Notes: generated by a model not told the origin, from the letters alone. DNA of 64,000 nucleotides from Takakia lepidozioides (GCA_030704615.1 CM060731.1:59520001-59584000); one strand, 5' to 3'; positions 13,748-27,825 are shown, counted from the first letter of the stretch. A program made the numbers and translations.

Positions 13748-14471
13748 TGTCGCGGCCCTTTGCCTTGAGGGCAGGGGGTCGAGACGCAGAGGGGCTGCCC
13801 CTGTGGTGGGGGCGGTGGCAGCAATAGGTACGGGGGGCTGAAGCACCCTTGAGTGCCCAAGACACTCAAGGAGGCGGAGGCACTCACTAGGTGGAGCCTC
13901 GCACACCGGATTGCGGTGGGGGTGGCTCCACAAGGGGTGGTGGTAGCTTAGCGGGACTTAGTGGGGGTGGCATAGGACTCACCATGGGGCAGAGACCTTG
14001 TGGTGGGAGTCGTGGGGAATCTTGGGACTCATCACGGTCCAATGGGGCCGTGGTGGGTGGGCCAAGACTCACCGCGACTCATCACCGGGAATCGAGGGTC
14101 TTCGTGGTGGTTCGCCATAAAAGGATGGTGTTGTTTGTGGAACCCCCGCGGACACTCACAGAAGTATATATAGGGAGTAGTAACCCGAGAACGGTGCAAG
14201 CCCGTTGGTGACCAAAAACTAGTGAGTAAGCGAGCGAGCCGGAAAGCGACCAAGAAGTGGGGAGCTATTCCGGACTGCCAACTACCAAAGGGAATTTCCA
14301 CTAGGCCCAAATTGGTGGAGGGTCTGTTGGGGGAGGAAAGAGGGACCGTTATGTCCCGGTGAGCAGCCGAAGCTCCAAGTTGGCCTGGCGGCCAGATTGG
14401 GAGTTAGGCGCGCGCATCAAAGCGAGTAACTATGACTTAAAGGGGAGCTTATTGAAGTGAGGTGCGCGACA
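13748..14471 (+). repeat. 5' LTR (724 bp)
   Basis: TGTCGCGGCCC...GTGCGCGACA; direct repeat of 19982-20631. Confidence 0.95.
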
Positions 14472-14473
14472 CT

Positions 14474-14485
14474 TGGTATCAGAGC
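14474..14485 (+). promoter_or_regulatory. Primer binding site complementary to tRNA-iMet
   Basis: TGGTATCAGAGC two bases after the 5' LTR. Confidence 0.95.
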
Positions 14486-14527
14486 TTAGAGTTCAATATG
14501 CGATCGTCCTTGGAATCGGCCTCATCA

Positions 14528-17500
14528 TGGGGTCGGGCAAGCCAAAGCGAAAGCGGAACGGCCCGAAAGATGATGATCCTGGTGAGCCCGATGGGGGCGA
14601 CGTGTCACCGAAGCGGCCATTTGAGGAAGCGATGCATGCTTTTGAAAACGAGGCCTCTCAAGAACGGGAGGAATCTGAGGAATCGGAGCCCGAGGAATCC
14701 CTGAGAGCTCCGACAGACCAACAGATGCCTCCCATGCCAGCAGCCTTTTGGGAAGGGTTGTTGGCGCAGTTTGGCGGGACGTTGAAAGACATGTTGAAGG
14801 CGGCTAATGCCACTTCCACTAAGGCAAAGTTTAAGGTGAAGCCTAAGGAACCCGGCACCTTCGAGGGCGTCCGAAATCGGAAGGCACTCAACACCTGGCT
14901 CTTGGGAGCTACAACAGTACTTCTGGGCGGCCAAGTTGAGTGACAATGATCGGGTGGAAGTGGCTCCCACCTATTTAAGGGGTTATGCTCAACAATGGTG
15001 GCAGAAACGCCTTCACGACCGAGGTCCAAACCCGGAAACTTTGAACTGGAGTGGGTTCAAGGAACTGATGAAGAGACAGTTTGTGCCCCTCAACGCGTCC
15101 TGACTCGCCCGGGACAAGATGAGGAATTTGAAGCAAACAGATGACATTCGGGGATATGTTTAGGCTTTCAATGTGATGTTGCTCGAAGTCGCAGACATGG
15201 TAGAACCAGAAATGGTCTTCAACTTTGTGGCGGGACTGGCCCCATGGGCCAGGCGGAAGTTGGAGGAGAAGCCACCTAAGACTTTAAACGAGGCAATTGA
15301 GAGGGCTGAATGCTTCTCGGCTGTCTCTAGGGGCGAAAGACAAGGCCGTACGGAGCTGAACCACAAGAAGACCCGGCGGGAGGGTGACTCCTTTTGACTG
15401 GAAAAGAAGTGGGATAGGCCATGCGGCGACAATGGCACGTGGAAATCGAAGGGAGGGCCTTCACACGCCAAGACGACACCCGGTGCTCCGAAAGGAAAAT
15501 CAGGTGCGACGCCTTATGGCGGACAAAAGACGACCTTTGATGGAGTGTGCTTTAATTGCGGGGAGCCCGGGCACATGGCTAAGAAGTGTAAGCCCCGACA
15601 ATTGAACATGACTCGGGCGACCACAGAGCTGTCGGAAGAGTCCATCAGCCGCTTGGTGGAAGCGGTGGTCGCCAAGACTTGCAAGGTAGGCAACTCTTGT
15701 GAGTTGTATCAGGAAACTGGCGCCCTACGTAAAGGAAGTTAGTTATTGTTCGTGGATGGGATAATTTCCAGAACTAACGTTTCGTTGTTGGTGGACACAT
15801 GAGCGTCGCACTCCTTCATGACACCGGCAACGGCACGGAAGCTGGGACTCCCGACAAGTGATGTGGGGGCTCTATTGAGGTGCGTTCTGCTAAAGGAGAA
15901 CCACAATTGGCGACGAGGTTGGCGTTCGATGTTCTTCTTCAGCTTGGGAGTTGGGAGGGACGTGAGAACTTCACCATTTGCGAGATCGATGGAATGGATT
16001 TCATTTTGGGGATGACCTTTTTGAGCAGATCCGGAGCGGTCATAGATGGCCGCAAGAGAGTAGTCATGCTACCGTGTGGGAATGGTGGCGAAGTTTTACG
16101 AGTGTCAGAAATGCCCAACCCCGTGGGAGGACGAATAAACCTTCTGTCAGCAAAGGAGTGGGCCGTGGAGGAGTCACACGAGCCCCAATTTTTGCTTTAT
16201 GTAAGACAAGTGAAGGGAGAAGGCGATGGGGAGCCGAGCCCAGATTGGATCAAGGGGATTTTGGAGAAATACCAAGATGTGATGTCGGAGGATTTACCAA
16301 GCGGCTTGCCACCGCGAAGGGGAGTTGACCACAAGATTGAGGTGATACCGGGATCGGAGCCACCTGACAAGGCGCCCTACTGGTTGAGCCACAGAGAGTT
16401 GGTCGAGCTGAAAACTCAGCTCAAGGATCTAATGTCAAAGGGGTACATCCGGCCGAGTAAGTCACCTTACGGAGCCCCGGTGCTATTCGCAGACAAGAAG
16501 GATGGGACGCTGCGGATATGTGTCGATTACAGGGCCCTGAATAAGGTGACTATCAAGAACCGGTACCCTTTGCCAAGAATCGACGACCTCTTCGATCGGT
16601 TGGCAGGAGCAAAGTATTTCAGCCGGATCGATTTGCGCTCCGGCTACCATCAAATCCGAGTGGCGGAAGGAGATGAGGAGAAAACCGCGTGCAGGACAAA
16701 ATATGGTTCGTATGAGTTCTTGGTGATGCCTTTTGGCCTCACCAACGCACCCGTAACCTTTAGCACGCTAATGAACAGCCTTTTCCAAGAGTGGTTGGAT
16801 GACTTTGTGATCGTGTACATCGACGACATCTTGTTGTATTCGAAAACAAAGGAAGAGCACCTGGAGCACCTCAAAAGGGTGTTCCAGAAATTGCGGGAAG
16901 AGAAGATGTATGCCAAAGCTTCAAAGTGCGAATTTGGGGTCACAAAAGTGGAGTTCCTAGGGCATGTGATTACACAGGATGGGATCAAAATGGATGACAG
17001 AAAGGTGAGGGTGATCTTGGACTGGGAGCCTCCAACTTCGGTCCCGGGAGTGCGATCCTTTCTAGGACTCGCCTCTTATTACCGAAAGTATGTGAGAAAT
17101 TTTGCCAAGATTGCAGGGCCGCTGTCAGACCTTCTATGTAAATCCAAGGTATGGGTATGGAACACTTTTTGTGGCCAAACTTTTGCCGAATTGAAGCAGC
17201 GGATGGCAGAAGCTCCAGTCTTGAAAATCCCTGAGTTCGACCGCCCATTTGAGATTCATACGGATGCGTCGGACTTTGCGATTGGAGGTGTACTCATGCA
17301 GGATGGACATCCAGTGGCTTACGAAAGTAAGAAACTGAATGAAGTGGAGCGACGGTGGCCAACGCATGAGAAAGAGATGAAGGCGGTGGTGCATTGCCTT
17401 GAGCTTTGGCGCCACTACATTGGTTCCAACCCGGTGAAGGTATTCACGGACAATGTCACGGTGAAGTATTTTGCCACGCAGCCTAAGTTGTCCCCAAAAC

Positions 17501-19078
17501 AACTTAGGTGGCAAGACATTTTGGCGGTGTTTGACGTGGATATCCACTACAAACCGGGATGGGACAATATGGTGGCCGATGCTTTAAGTAGAAAACAACT
17601 GCTCTTGTTGGTGTACAGGGGCGAGACGGCGCTCCAAAGGAAGATCCGGAAGGCTTACCGGAAGGATGAGATGACGAAGTCCGTGATGCGGGACTTGAAG
17701 ATGGGGGTTAAATCGCAGTTCCAATTGCAAAATGGACTGCTCCGGTACAAGCAAAAGCGTCTCTACGTGCCGAAGGGAGAGATCAGAGATAGTCTCTTGA
17801 GAGAATGCCATGATGGCCCGCTTGCGGCCACGACGGAGTCAAGCGCACCGCGACACTCTAGAAGAAAGAGTATTTCTGGCCCAAACTGAGGGAGGAGGCC
17901 GAGGAGTATGTCAAGACATGCACCACATGCCAACAAAACCGGAGCGAGTACAAAAAGCAAGCTGTTACAACCCTTGCCGATTCCAGAGGGGTCTTGGGAA
18001 AGTGTCTCGATGGATTTCATGACTGCTATGTATCGATGTCAAAAGGGGTTATGCAATCATAGTGGGGTGGATAGGTTCAGTAAAATGGGTCATTTCATCC
18101 CCACCAAGGAGACGACAACGGCATAGGAGACGGGGCGACGTTACTTCGCCCACGTCTTCAAGCATCATGGACTCCCGAAAGGATATTGTCTCGGACCGCG
18201 ATCCAAAGTTTCCGAGTAAATTTTGGAAGACACTTTGAAGAAGATGGGGACGAGGCTTAAGATGAGCACCGCCTTCCGACCTATGACGGACGGCCAAATG
18301 GAAAGGGTGAATTCCGTGGTGAAGCAGATCTTGCGGAATTACGTGTCGGCGGACCAATCGGACTGGGTGAAGCACTTGGACGCGGCAGAGTTCTGTTATA
18401 ATAACACAAAACACTCCGCAACGGGTGTTTCTTCTTTTGTATTGGTCTATGGAAAAGCACCTCTAGGGCCGACAAGTTGGGTTGCCCAAGACGTGAGGGA
18501 ACCGGCAGCAGCAGCGGTGTTGGAGGAACGCGAGCGCTTGTTGAAGCTCGCAAAGTACAACATCGTCAAAGCTAGGAAATGGTATGAATGGCAGGTAAAT
18601 CGGAAGCGGAGGGAAGTCAAGTTTGAGGCAGGCACGGAGGTCTGGTTGAACATCAAGAATTTTCGACTACCTCCGCGAAGTGAGTCCGAAGTTCGTACCT
18701 CCGTATGCGGGACCCTTTCGCAATCCGGAAGTTATGAATGAGGATGTGTATGAATTGGAGCTCCAGCAAACAACAAGGTGCATCCGGTTATCCACGTCTC
18801 CATTTTGAAGCCTACTTCAAAAGATGACGCGCCGTCCGAATCGGCATCAAGTGTTGCGTCTGCAACCTGTGCTGGTAGATCATGAAAATGAACTTGCGTA
18901 CAAGGTGGAGGCAGTGCTTAAGTCGAGGCGGTTCAAGAATCGAGAAATGGAGTATCTCGTGAAATGGAAGGGCTATCATCATGTGGAGGCATCTTGGGTG
19001 CGTGCCTCAGAAATAAGAAACGCATCCGAGGCAGTTGCGGCTTTCGAAGGGCGACCTCAAAAGCGGAAGAAGCGTTGA
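14528..19078 (+). pseudogene. Chromovirus gag-pol with stops and frameshifts
   Basis: gag (KPKEPGTFEG, AQQWW), zinc knuckle CFNCGEPGHMAKKC, protease LVDT*ASHSF, RT YIDD and RNase [12 protein letters not shown] in ORF 15880-17889, integrase WESVSMDF and TDGQMERVN, chromodomain EYLVKWKGY (18824-19078). Confidence 0.95.
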
Positions 19079-19981
19079 TGGGACATCACCTTGGAGCGTG
19101 GGGGAGGAAATGCATGCTTAGCCCGGCTTAGCTAGCTCAGAAATCCGATTGCAAAAACTTGTATTGTACAAATTTCGTTATAAATGAAATGGTTTCCAAA
19201 TGTTGTGCGTCCTATTTTGTTTGGAATGGTGATGCATGTTATGGTTGGCTAGTGTGTAGAATGCATGCTAGCATACAAAAGTGGTAGGGGTAAATTGGGT
19301 TAATCGTGTGTTTGCGCAGTGCCGAAATCGGGTGACTCCCACCCAAGGGGCAAGGAAACTTGCGCCTTCTTTGGGAGTTCACGTGCTAGTACGCACCTGG
19401 CGCGTGCGCGTACGATAACTAACTGCGCTACCGAGGGGGTTGTAGTGGCGCCTAACGCGGAAGCTACGTGCTTTCGTTCACGTACTATAATCGTGTAGCC
19501 TCGGGACGAAGTCGTAGTGCGGCTTCGGCGTGTTCCCGTACCTCAGGCTAGCATTCCAAGGCGGACCCAATTGTAGTGATTGGGGCACACGGTTGGTTCA
19601 AGGTTTTCTTCTTAGTAAAAAAGGTTCAAGGTGAACCCTTGCTCAAGGTGATGCCAAAAGCGGCATCATGAGCGATCGCAAGCAATGTTGTTGCAGTAAG
19701 GCGATTCAATCCTTGGGGAGGATCGTTCCTTGGCCTTGAAGTAGGCCAAGAAGAGGGCACTGGGAGAGGAGCTTGAGAGGGCTCCACCCTTGGCCGAGAC
19801 TTGGAGGAAGTCGGCCGAACTAGCTAGTGGAGAGTAGAGTCAAGTGTGGGGTTTTGTTTCTTTGCCATGGGATGCCATGGTGCGGAAACAAACTCCTTGA
19901 TGTGGGACGCCACAACTTGGATGTTTGTTTCTACAATGGACAAGTCGATGAGGACATCGACTCCCTGTTGGTAGGGGTGTG

Positions 19982-20631
19982 TGTCACGGCCCTTTGCCTT
20001 TGAGGGCAGGGGGTCGGGACGCAGAGGGGCTGCCCCTGTGGTGGGGCGGTGGCAGCAATAGGTACGGGGGGCTGAAGCACCCTTGAGTGCCCAATATACT
20101 CAAGGAGGCGGAGGCACTCACTAGGTGGAGCCCCACACACCGGGTTGCGGTGGGGGTGGCTCCACAAGGGGTGGTGGTAGCTTAGCGGGACTTAGTGGGG
20201 GTGGGGCCGTGGTGGGTGGGCCAAGACTCACCGCGACTCATCACCGGGAATCGAGGGTCTTCATGGTTGTTCGCCATAAAAGGATGGTGTTGTTTGTGGA
20301 ACCCCCGCGGCACACCTCACAGAAGTATATATAGGGAGTAGTAACCCGAGAACGGTGCAAGCCGTTGGTGACCAAAACTAGTGAGTAAGCGAACGAGCCA
20401 GAAAAGCGACCAAGAAGTGGGGAGCTATTCCGGACTGCCAACTACCAAAGGGAATTTCCACTAGGCCCAAATTGGTGGAGGGTCTGTTGGGGGAGAAAAG
20501 GGGGACCGTTATGTCCCGGTGAGCAGCTAAAGCTCCGAGTTGGCCCGGCGGCCAGGTTGGGAGTTAGACGCGCGCATCAAAGTGAATAACTATGACTTAA
20601 AAGGGAGCTTACCGAAGTGAGGTGCGCGACA
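19982..20631 (+). repeat. 3' LTR (650 bp), lacking about 75 bp present in the 5' LTR
   Basis: TGTCACGGCCC...GTGCGCGACA followed by the TSD GTAAA. Confidence 0.95.
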
Positions 20632-21301
20632 GTAAACACCAGGCCCGGGTGAGAATGCGATCGAGACACCACACATCTGCTCGAGAGACAAACCATGGAC
20701 AACTGAGAGTGCTGGAGCAAAAAATGTACCGGGGTGTGCAGATGCTTTTCCAATGCAACAACTGTAAGCGAAACAACAACAACGTTCAAGTACTTGTCGC
20801 GAAGAAAGGAGCGTGAGAATGCGCTCGAGACTTGAGCGGGTTTCACACTCCATACATGAGTCATCACAATAGAGATAAAGACATTATTGCAAAGATGCGC
20901 GTAGTACAGTTTCAAAATTGCACACTGTCTTTGTCGTGTAGTAGTGGATCGCGAAAGAATTGCCGCTACCCCATGCAATGCGCCGAAATTTGGGCTGCGC
21001 GATGGAGACGTTTGTAGACGTGGCAGTACGCGATATGTCCATGATCCCACATTATTATCAGATGGACACCTATTTCGAAAAACTAGCAAAATAAGCACAA
21101 AATAATCCCATGACCCTAATGATAGTCAAACATAGGGTTGTTGTCCTTGAAATAGTTCCTCAAATGAGACACCTGAACATGCTTTGACCCTCATATGCAT
21201 TTTCGGGAGCATCATCGGATCCATCTTCACTATTGGAGGCAGATGATTTCTTCTGACATGATTATCTCTGAGGCTCAGTATCGTCACTCATCGAATCTAC
21301 C

Positions 21302-22131
21302 CACTACAACAGATCGCGGTAGTTATGACTGCCAAACCATGGTAGTCATGGTTTTCATGACTTTGACCATGACTGTACCATGTTTTTATATGAAATTGAC
21401 CTCGCGTAGTCGTTCATACGACTGTAGTCATATGAACGACTATCTAAGTAGTCGTCTGTATGACTACATGGCTCCGGAATGGGCGGAAAGCTGGTCAACG
21501 GCAATTGACCAGATTTAGCTCACCATTCATAGTTATTTCCATGACTACAGTGTACATGAATGAGTCATTGTAATTTGGTGTGTATAATACAATTAAAACA
21601 CCATATGATCATATGAATGACTAATGGGTGTATTGGTTAACAGATAGTGAATTATAACTCTTATAGTAAAGAGGTTGCAGGTTCAAACTCCCCTAAGTAC
21701 AATCAAATGGATAAGATGGCCCTAGGGTTAGTAGGTGAGCTAGGGATAGCACGTGGTGCCCTAGATGGACTGCCACGTGGTTTTTTTTATATTATAAAAT
21801 GCATTATGCCACGTGGCACAATGCGGTGCGACACGGCGTTTGACATATGTTTTTATTTTTTCAGTTTTTAATTTAATTTAATTTAATTTTTTAAATCAAT
21901 TGCGCCTCGCCACATGACCCGGCAGCGGCAGCGGCGGCTGCAATATGGTATATATGACTACAGTGAGAGATATCACTTGGTTCATATGACTGTAGTCATC
22001 CGGACCGTACTATCCTGTACTCATTGTATTGACTTGGTTTGCACGACTTACAGTCATAGAAGTCCTATGTACCGTTTATGACTGCAGAATAGTTATATAT
22101 ACAGTCATAACTACCGCGATCTGTTGTAGTG
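21302..22131. mobile_element. Non-autonomous CACTA (En/Spm) element, 830 bp
   Basis: Perfect 30-bp TIR CACTACAACAGATCGCGGTAGTTATGACTG, 3-bp TSD ACC on both sides, and internal ATGACT/AGTCAT subterminal repeats. Confidence 0.95.
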
Positions 22132-24160
22132 ACCTCAGAAGCAGAGTTTTCGGAATGCAAATTCCTCTCATACCATGCTGCAGCATCATCCGCTGCCCTC
22201 TATGTAGCAGTCGGCAATTGGTATACACATACACCAATTTGTCAGCCCTCGCGGGATTCAACCTGTTTCGAATTTTGTTGTGAACAAATGAGTAACTGCT
22301 CCAATTGCGTTCGCAGGATGAGGCAGAGCACACTTGAGCAAGAATGCGCTTCGCAATGGGAGCCAATGTTCTTGCTCCAGCTCCAATCAGATCCCACCAT
22401 TCATGTGCATATTGAACTCTTTTGGATCCGGCATGTCCTCAAAAAGGTCGCGGCGATCTGAGAAGCATTGGTACTCGGATATAGCTCTCTTTGCCATGTT
22501 TGGCGGAGCCAGTCGCATGAGCACTCGCACGAGGTCGGCCTTGACATCAGCGTCGTTTTGGAGCATGGTATTGTCGAGCCAAGAATGGATTGAGCAAAGC
22601 CCCGCATAATGCAAGTCCGTTACGACGACCATCGAACGATGGTCCGTAAAATGCATCCTCAGCACTGTCCGCAAGTTTCAGGTTCCAGGAGAAGGGATGA
22701 TGCCTCAAGGATTGGACGGCTTCTCAAGATTTTGCATTAGTAACCATGCCTTGCTATTACTCTTGTTCATTTCCATCAACTCCCGCAAGACGATTAACAC
22801 CCCGGCTCTACCATATAAACAAAGTTTTCACATTTCTTCCAGAAATCATCGCTGCGAATGCTATTTTGAACTTTTCGACTTTTGCCCAATGACTTGGCTT
22901 TTCTAGAGTTCCGCAATGTCCGTGTGTACGCATCCCATTGATGATCGATGATGGTGTGCTCCAGACTGCTTTTCACCCACCGCACCAACCGATCCATCCA
23001 CCATCAAGAAGCTAGTGGCAAAACGAGTTTCGCCTGGATTGCGGAGGCTGTATTTGGGTTCGTGCCTCCTATATATTGCCAAAAGGATGTGGTGTGTGCG
23101 GATGAACGACACACAGTCTTTCGCTCGCTTTGACACGTTGACAAATTGTTTCATCACCCACTGTTCTTTTCCCCAATCTTCCAAAAGAGGTCAGGATATG
23201 AGCAGCATAACCTTGATAGTACATATGGGAATAAATTGCCAACAACATGTCTGCAGTGTTTATCATGTTAGCGGCATTATCTGTGCATATATGCACGATT
23301 ATATCACTTTCGACCTGTTCGATGAAGTCCGTCAATAGTTGACATTGATAACGTCCATATTTCTTCTCGCCGCTAGTGTCGACCGATCCCAAGAATTGTT
23401 CCCCAGCTGGATATACGAGCATGACATTGAACAACGGTCTGTTTGTTACAGAAGTCCAACCATCGGCACATATAGTGCTTTCATATTTTCTGATGCACTC
23501 GCCCGTTCTATCGTTGATCTTTTGGGTAAGCTCGGTCATGACGTCTTCTAGCAATCCTGTGCGGAGATTGTGAGAAGTCGGAGGTACGTACATGGATCTG
23601 GACTCCGAGGTTGCTGTAACGGCAGAAACAAATGCCGGAAGCCTTGCCACATTAAATGGTATGTTGGCCTCGAAGAAAAACTACGCCTATTTTTTATCCA
23701 ACTGTCTTTTCGCAGATAAGTTAAGACCTTCCTGCATGGATTGCTGCCGTAATCCTATACTCCGTTGAAGTGTAGGGGTACAAAGAGGTGTTGCAGCAGG
23801 TGTTGCTTCGACACAACCCACTTGTCCAAGGACACCCAAAGCCTCACAAGAGTCGCCCCGGTTACTAATCGGGGCATCCTGACGGGAAAATGAAGTGTTC
23901 TGCTCAGAGGTCATGTCCAGATCCAAAGACATTGGAATATTGCCTCCACACTGAGCAAAGTGGTTTTTTACCCGCATAGATGATTTATGGCATAAACCCA
24001 CCCCAGCGCTCTTCACATCTTTATAGCCGAGGTGAGCGAGCAACCGATCCTTACGATAAGAAAGCTTTAATCCACATATGTTGCACTCAACACTACCAGT
24101 GACACTGACAGTGTTTGGGATTGTCGTATACCAATGGCTCCATTCCTCCCTCATCTTCAC
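22132..24160 (-). pseudogene. hAT transposase (BED finger, DUF659-like core, C-terminal dimerisation domain), frameshifted; acidic tail resumes below 21301
   Basis: CNICGLK...LLAHL BED finger, DGWTSVTNRPLFNVM, TDNAANM, ETRFATSFLM, and SASSCERNWSSYSFVHNKIRNRL. Confidence 0.92.
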
Positions 24161-24574
24161 CCAATATCCACTCCCCTGGGCCCTAGCGATGTAAGCAACA
24201 AAAAACAGTCATCTATAAATGAACGTGTTGTGAATGTAGAGTGCAATGCGATAGCCCAACACTTCTATACCTGTCAGCAACCCAAGTGGGTCGATGTGGG
24301 TTGTAGTGTTGAGCTTATACACAATCTACTGCAGTGGCTTTGATGGAAGCCATAACGGCAAAATGTGCGCACCCTCCTCTTGGGCTACACTCTCGTTCAA
24401 TGGAAGAGAACATCCAAAGCAACCTCAAGTGTTTGCGCCAAAAGAAATGAGGAGCTTAGTGACCCTCCTCCTTTATATATGATCCAAAAATGATGAAAGT
24501 GAAATGAATAAATGACGAACCAATAACGCCCACCCGAAAAAGGCTGTACAACCATATTTGTTATAATTTAGAAA

Positions 24575-25502
24575 TTAAGCGACCGCCACTATTGCGGTCG
24601 CTTTTATTTCTTTTCATTTTGTGCAATATTGCGGTCACTTCTATTTTGTATATTTTTAAATTTAAACGACCGCCCGTATGGCAGTCGTTATTGTTTTTAT
24701 TTCAAAATATAATGCGACTGCCGGTATGGCGGTCGCTTCATTTGTTAATATATTTAAAATAAAGCGACCGCCAATATGGTGGTCGCTTTTATTTTTAATA
24801 TTTTTTACAAAACGCGACCTCCAGTACGGCGGTCGCTTTTAATCTTTATATTTTCAAGTTTAAGCGACCTATAGGCTGGCGGTCGCTTAAACTTAATATA
24901 TATTTTAAAATTGACGCGACCGCCGGTTTGGTGGTCGCAAATATTGTATTGTTTTAAAACAAGCGACCACCGGTGTGGCGGTCGCTTTTATTTTCATATG
25001 TCGCTTGTTTTTTTTATATAATTTTAAATTTACCGACCACCATATGGCGGTCGTTTGTTTTTCCATATTTTTTTTAAATTAAGCGACCGCCATATGGCGG
25101 TCGCTTGTTTTTTAAATATAGTTTTTGAAATTATCCGACTGCCATATGGCATTTTCTTTTTTAAATTAGGCGACCGCCAATGCGACTACCAATGCGACCG
25201 CCAATCTTGCTTTAAAAAAAATAAAATTGAAGCGACCGCCAATTATGGCGGTTGTTATTTCTTTTTTAATTTTGAAAAACAAAGCGACCGCCATAATTTG
25301 CGGTCGCGTTCATTTTTTTAATTTTCAAAATGTATTTGTCACTGCCACCGTGTCGGCGACGTGGCTGCTTAAGTGGCAGTATTTTACTTGTTACTATTTT
25401 TACCAGAATATTCCCCGAACCTGACGTGACGGTGGCCCTGTCAGCGTCAGGTCTGACGTGACCTGACGCGGACGGACGGACGGACCGACGTGACGCTGAT
25501 AA
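24575..25502. repeat. hAT 5' subterminal array of palindromes AAGCGACCGCC-N3-6-GGCGGTCGCT at about 50-bp spacing, plus terminus
   Basis: Roughly 15 GC-rich hairpin units separated by AT-rich spacers, ending in a TGACG-rich block and ...CGCTGATAA. Confidence 0.85.
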
Positions 25503-25687
25503 TCGGGGTTCTGCTTCCGGAACCATTCGTCCGCCTTGGAATGCAGATTCAGCCGGGCCACTTTGCACATCTTGTCTTCACTCAGATCCTGTACATCTCC
25601 AGACATCTGGATTCGGTCGATCCAGTCGTGAACATCTTCATTCTCCCTACCAAAGAACGGGGCCTCAATGCCCGCTGGGCTCGTCAT
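25503..25687 (-). pseudogene. Retrotransposon gag N-terminal fragment truncated by the hAT element
   Basis: FFGRENEDVHDWIDRIQM...ARLNLHSKADEWF; similarity stops at the hAT terminus. Confidence 0.65.
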
Positions 25688-27825
25688 CCTCCAAATACTC
25701 AGCAGCAGTCAAAACGAAAAGAAAACAGTAAATAATAAAAATCAACAGACAAACACACACACCTGCATCAGTTTTGACCCCTGGACCATTCCCACACTCC
25801 ATTACGCAACATCTCTACATGACCTCCCCAGGTAACTTCCCTAGCCATAGTATTAATTCTTTCCCACCTTCCTGATTCCCTCATCCAAAGAATTATGGTA
25901 CTGCGGCCTCCCGCATGTATCACTGGAAGACACAAGTCATCATCCCTCAATCTCCAAGCAAGATTAACAAAATAGAGCCTTGGCTCAGCACTAACGCTGC
26001 CAGCACGCTGGCTGAAGCATATGAAGATGTCTCCAATGCTTGGTTCATCGGGTATCAGGGTATGATCCCTACCGGCCATGTAAAGAGAGATTACCAAAAT
26101 ACATAATGAACCATTGTAAAGAATGCAAGTAGAACAGAGACCGACATCAGCTCTAATACCAAAGAAAGGGGCAAAACATTTCCCGACCACGATATTCACT
26201 TCAAGTCACCAGTGTACCATTCCGTCCCACCCATGCCGCAGCGGAAGGGAAGACATGGGTAGGATACACATCCGTCACATATAATTGATTGCCTTGTATG
26301 TGATCATGCATGCTGCAAAACACCCAGCATAGCCTTCACAGATTCCCCCTTGAAAGGTGGGCCTTGCCCGTGAAGAGCCATCACCCTCTTGTATTTATGA
26401 CATCTCTTCAAACAGCCTGATCGAACTACCCGAGCCTACCCGGCATCAGCTCATTTTCCCCACTCTCTCTTATCTTTTACCTCTCAAGTCCAAGGGTCAG
26501 ATCCAAATACACTCTTTCGTTACGCACAAGCAGCGGGTTCAACTGATCTCTGGAAACAAACAACAATGCTGCCACTTTATAAATGCACCATAATATTCCA
26601 GCTGTGCAATGTGAAGTTTCCCCAATAGGTGGTTTGAGTGATGCACTACATACATGTCCTGATTTCCCAACTATTGCACCCACACCCGTTACATGCTCAA
26701 GCTGACCATAACTGCAATCAAAATTCCCTAATGACAACAACGCATGAACTAATGCATCATGCAAGTGCGATTCCAGACACGAAAACAAACAGTGATCTAA
26801 ATAGTCGATTTTTACTTCTTCATCAGTATAATCCTTCCACACACAAAATTCCGAGTCCCAGCTTGAAGCCCAAGTCTTTCGTTCACATCACCATCACCAC
26901 CTCTCCTTCTCTGCCTCACTACCATTTCCCCCAAAAGCAAGAAGAAGGACAAAAAAACTGCCTTAAAACCCAAGCCCCACTTGCCTGTGCTATTACTACA
27001 CCTACAGCTCCTATAGTCGACCACATCAACTAGCTCTGTCTGGAAAACTAACTCAGCCGCCATAGCAGATATTGACTAAGGAACAAGAAAGTAAATCGCA
27101 ACAAAAAACTAAGGCACGTAGGCTGATGTCTGCTCCAAAATACAAAGTGTCAGCAGCTCGCCATGACTGTGCTTGTGTGCTTGCGTGCTTGCATGAAGAA
27201 CGCAGTCACTCATAAATCCCGTCGATCTAGGGCACATGGATGTTTGGCGGATGGATGTCTTCATCCAATGAGTCATAATTCATCCATCACGGTCATTCAT
27301 CCAACTACTTAAATGTTGTAAAAATCTTAAGTACTTAGCCCCATCAAACAACTGTAATAAAAATAAAAATAACCATATATTCACACTACACTTCATTCAC
27401 CCTACACCACAGTTACATCCATTATTCATCATGGGATTGGACTACAGGTGGAGTCTTGACTTCGCAGGACCGTTGCCATTGACGATACGCCACCATAGAT
27501 ATGTGTTGGTGATGGTGGAGCACTTCTCCCAGTGGATTGAGTTGGTTTCATTGCCTGATAAGGCTAGTGAGGGGGCTGCGTATGTATTCTTGGATCATGT
27601 GCTTAGCTGATTCGGTGCTCCAGCTGAGATACTCACGGACCAAGGGAGAGAGTTCTTGGGGGAGTTTCAGGCTTTGTGTGATAAAGCCTTGATAGTCCAC
27701 CGTACCACTTCTCGGGACCATCCTGAGGCCGATGGCTTGACAGAGAGAGTGGTTCAGACGGTAAAGAGGGGTTTGCGCAAGTATGGCTTGCAGAAGGGAC
27801 ACCTAGGAGATTTGGATCCCTAGTT

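Larger units (their letters stand above)
13748..20631 (+). mobile_element. Full-length decayed chromoviral Ty3/Gypsy LTR retrotransposon
   Basis: Two TG...CA LTRs, 5-bp TSD GTAAA (13743-13747 and 20632-20636), tRNA-iMet PBS, and gag-PR-RT-RH-IN-chromodomain order. Confidence 0.97.

Noticed and set aside
25790-27070. Decayed minus-strand gene, possibly F-box related
   Set aside because: Fragments look coding but I recognised no diagnostic motif.
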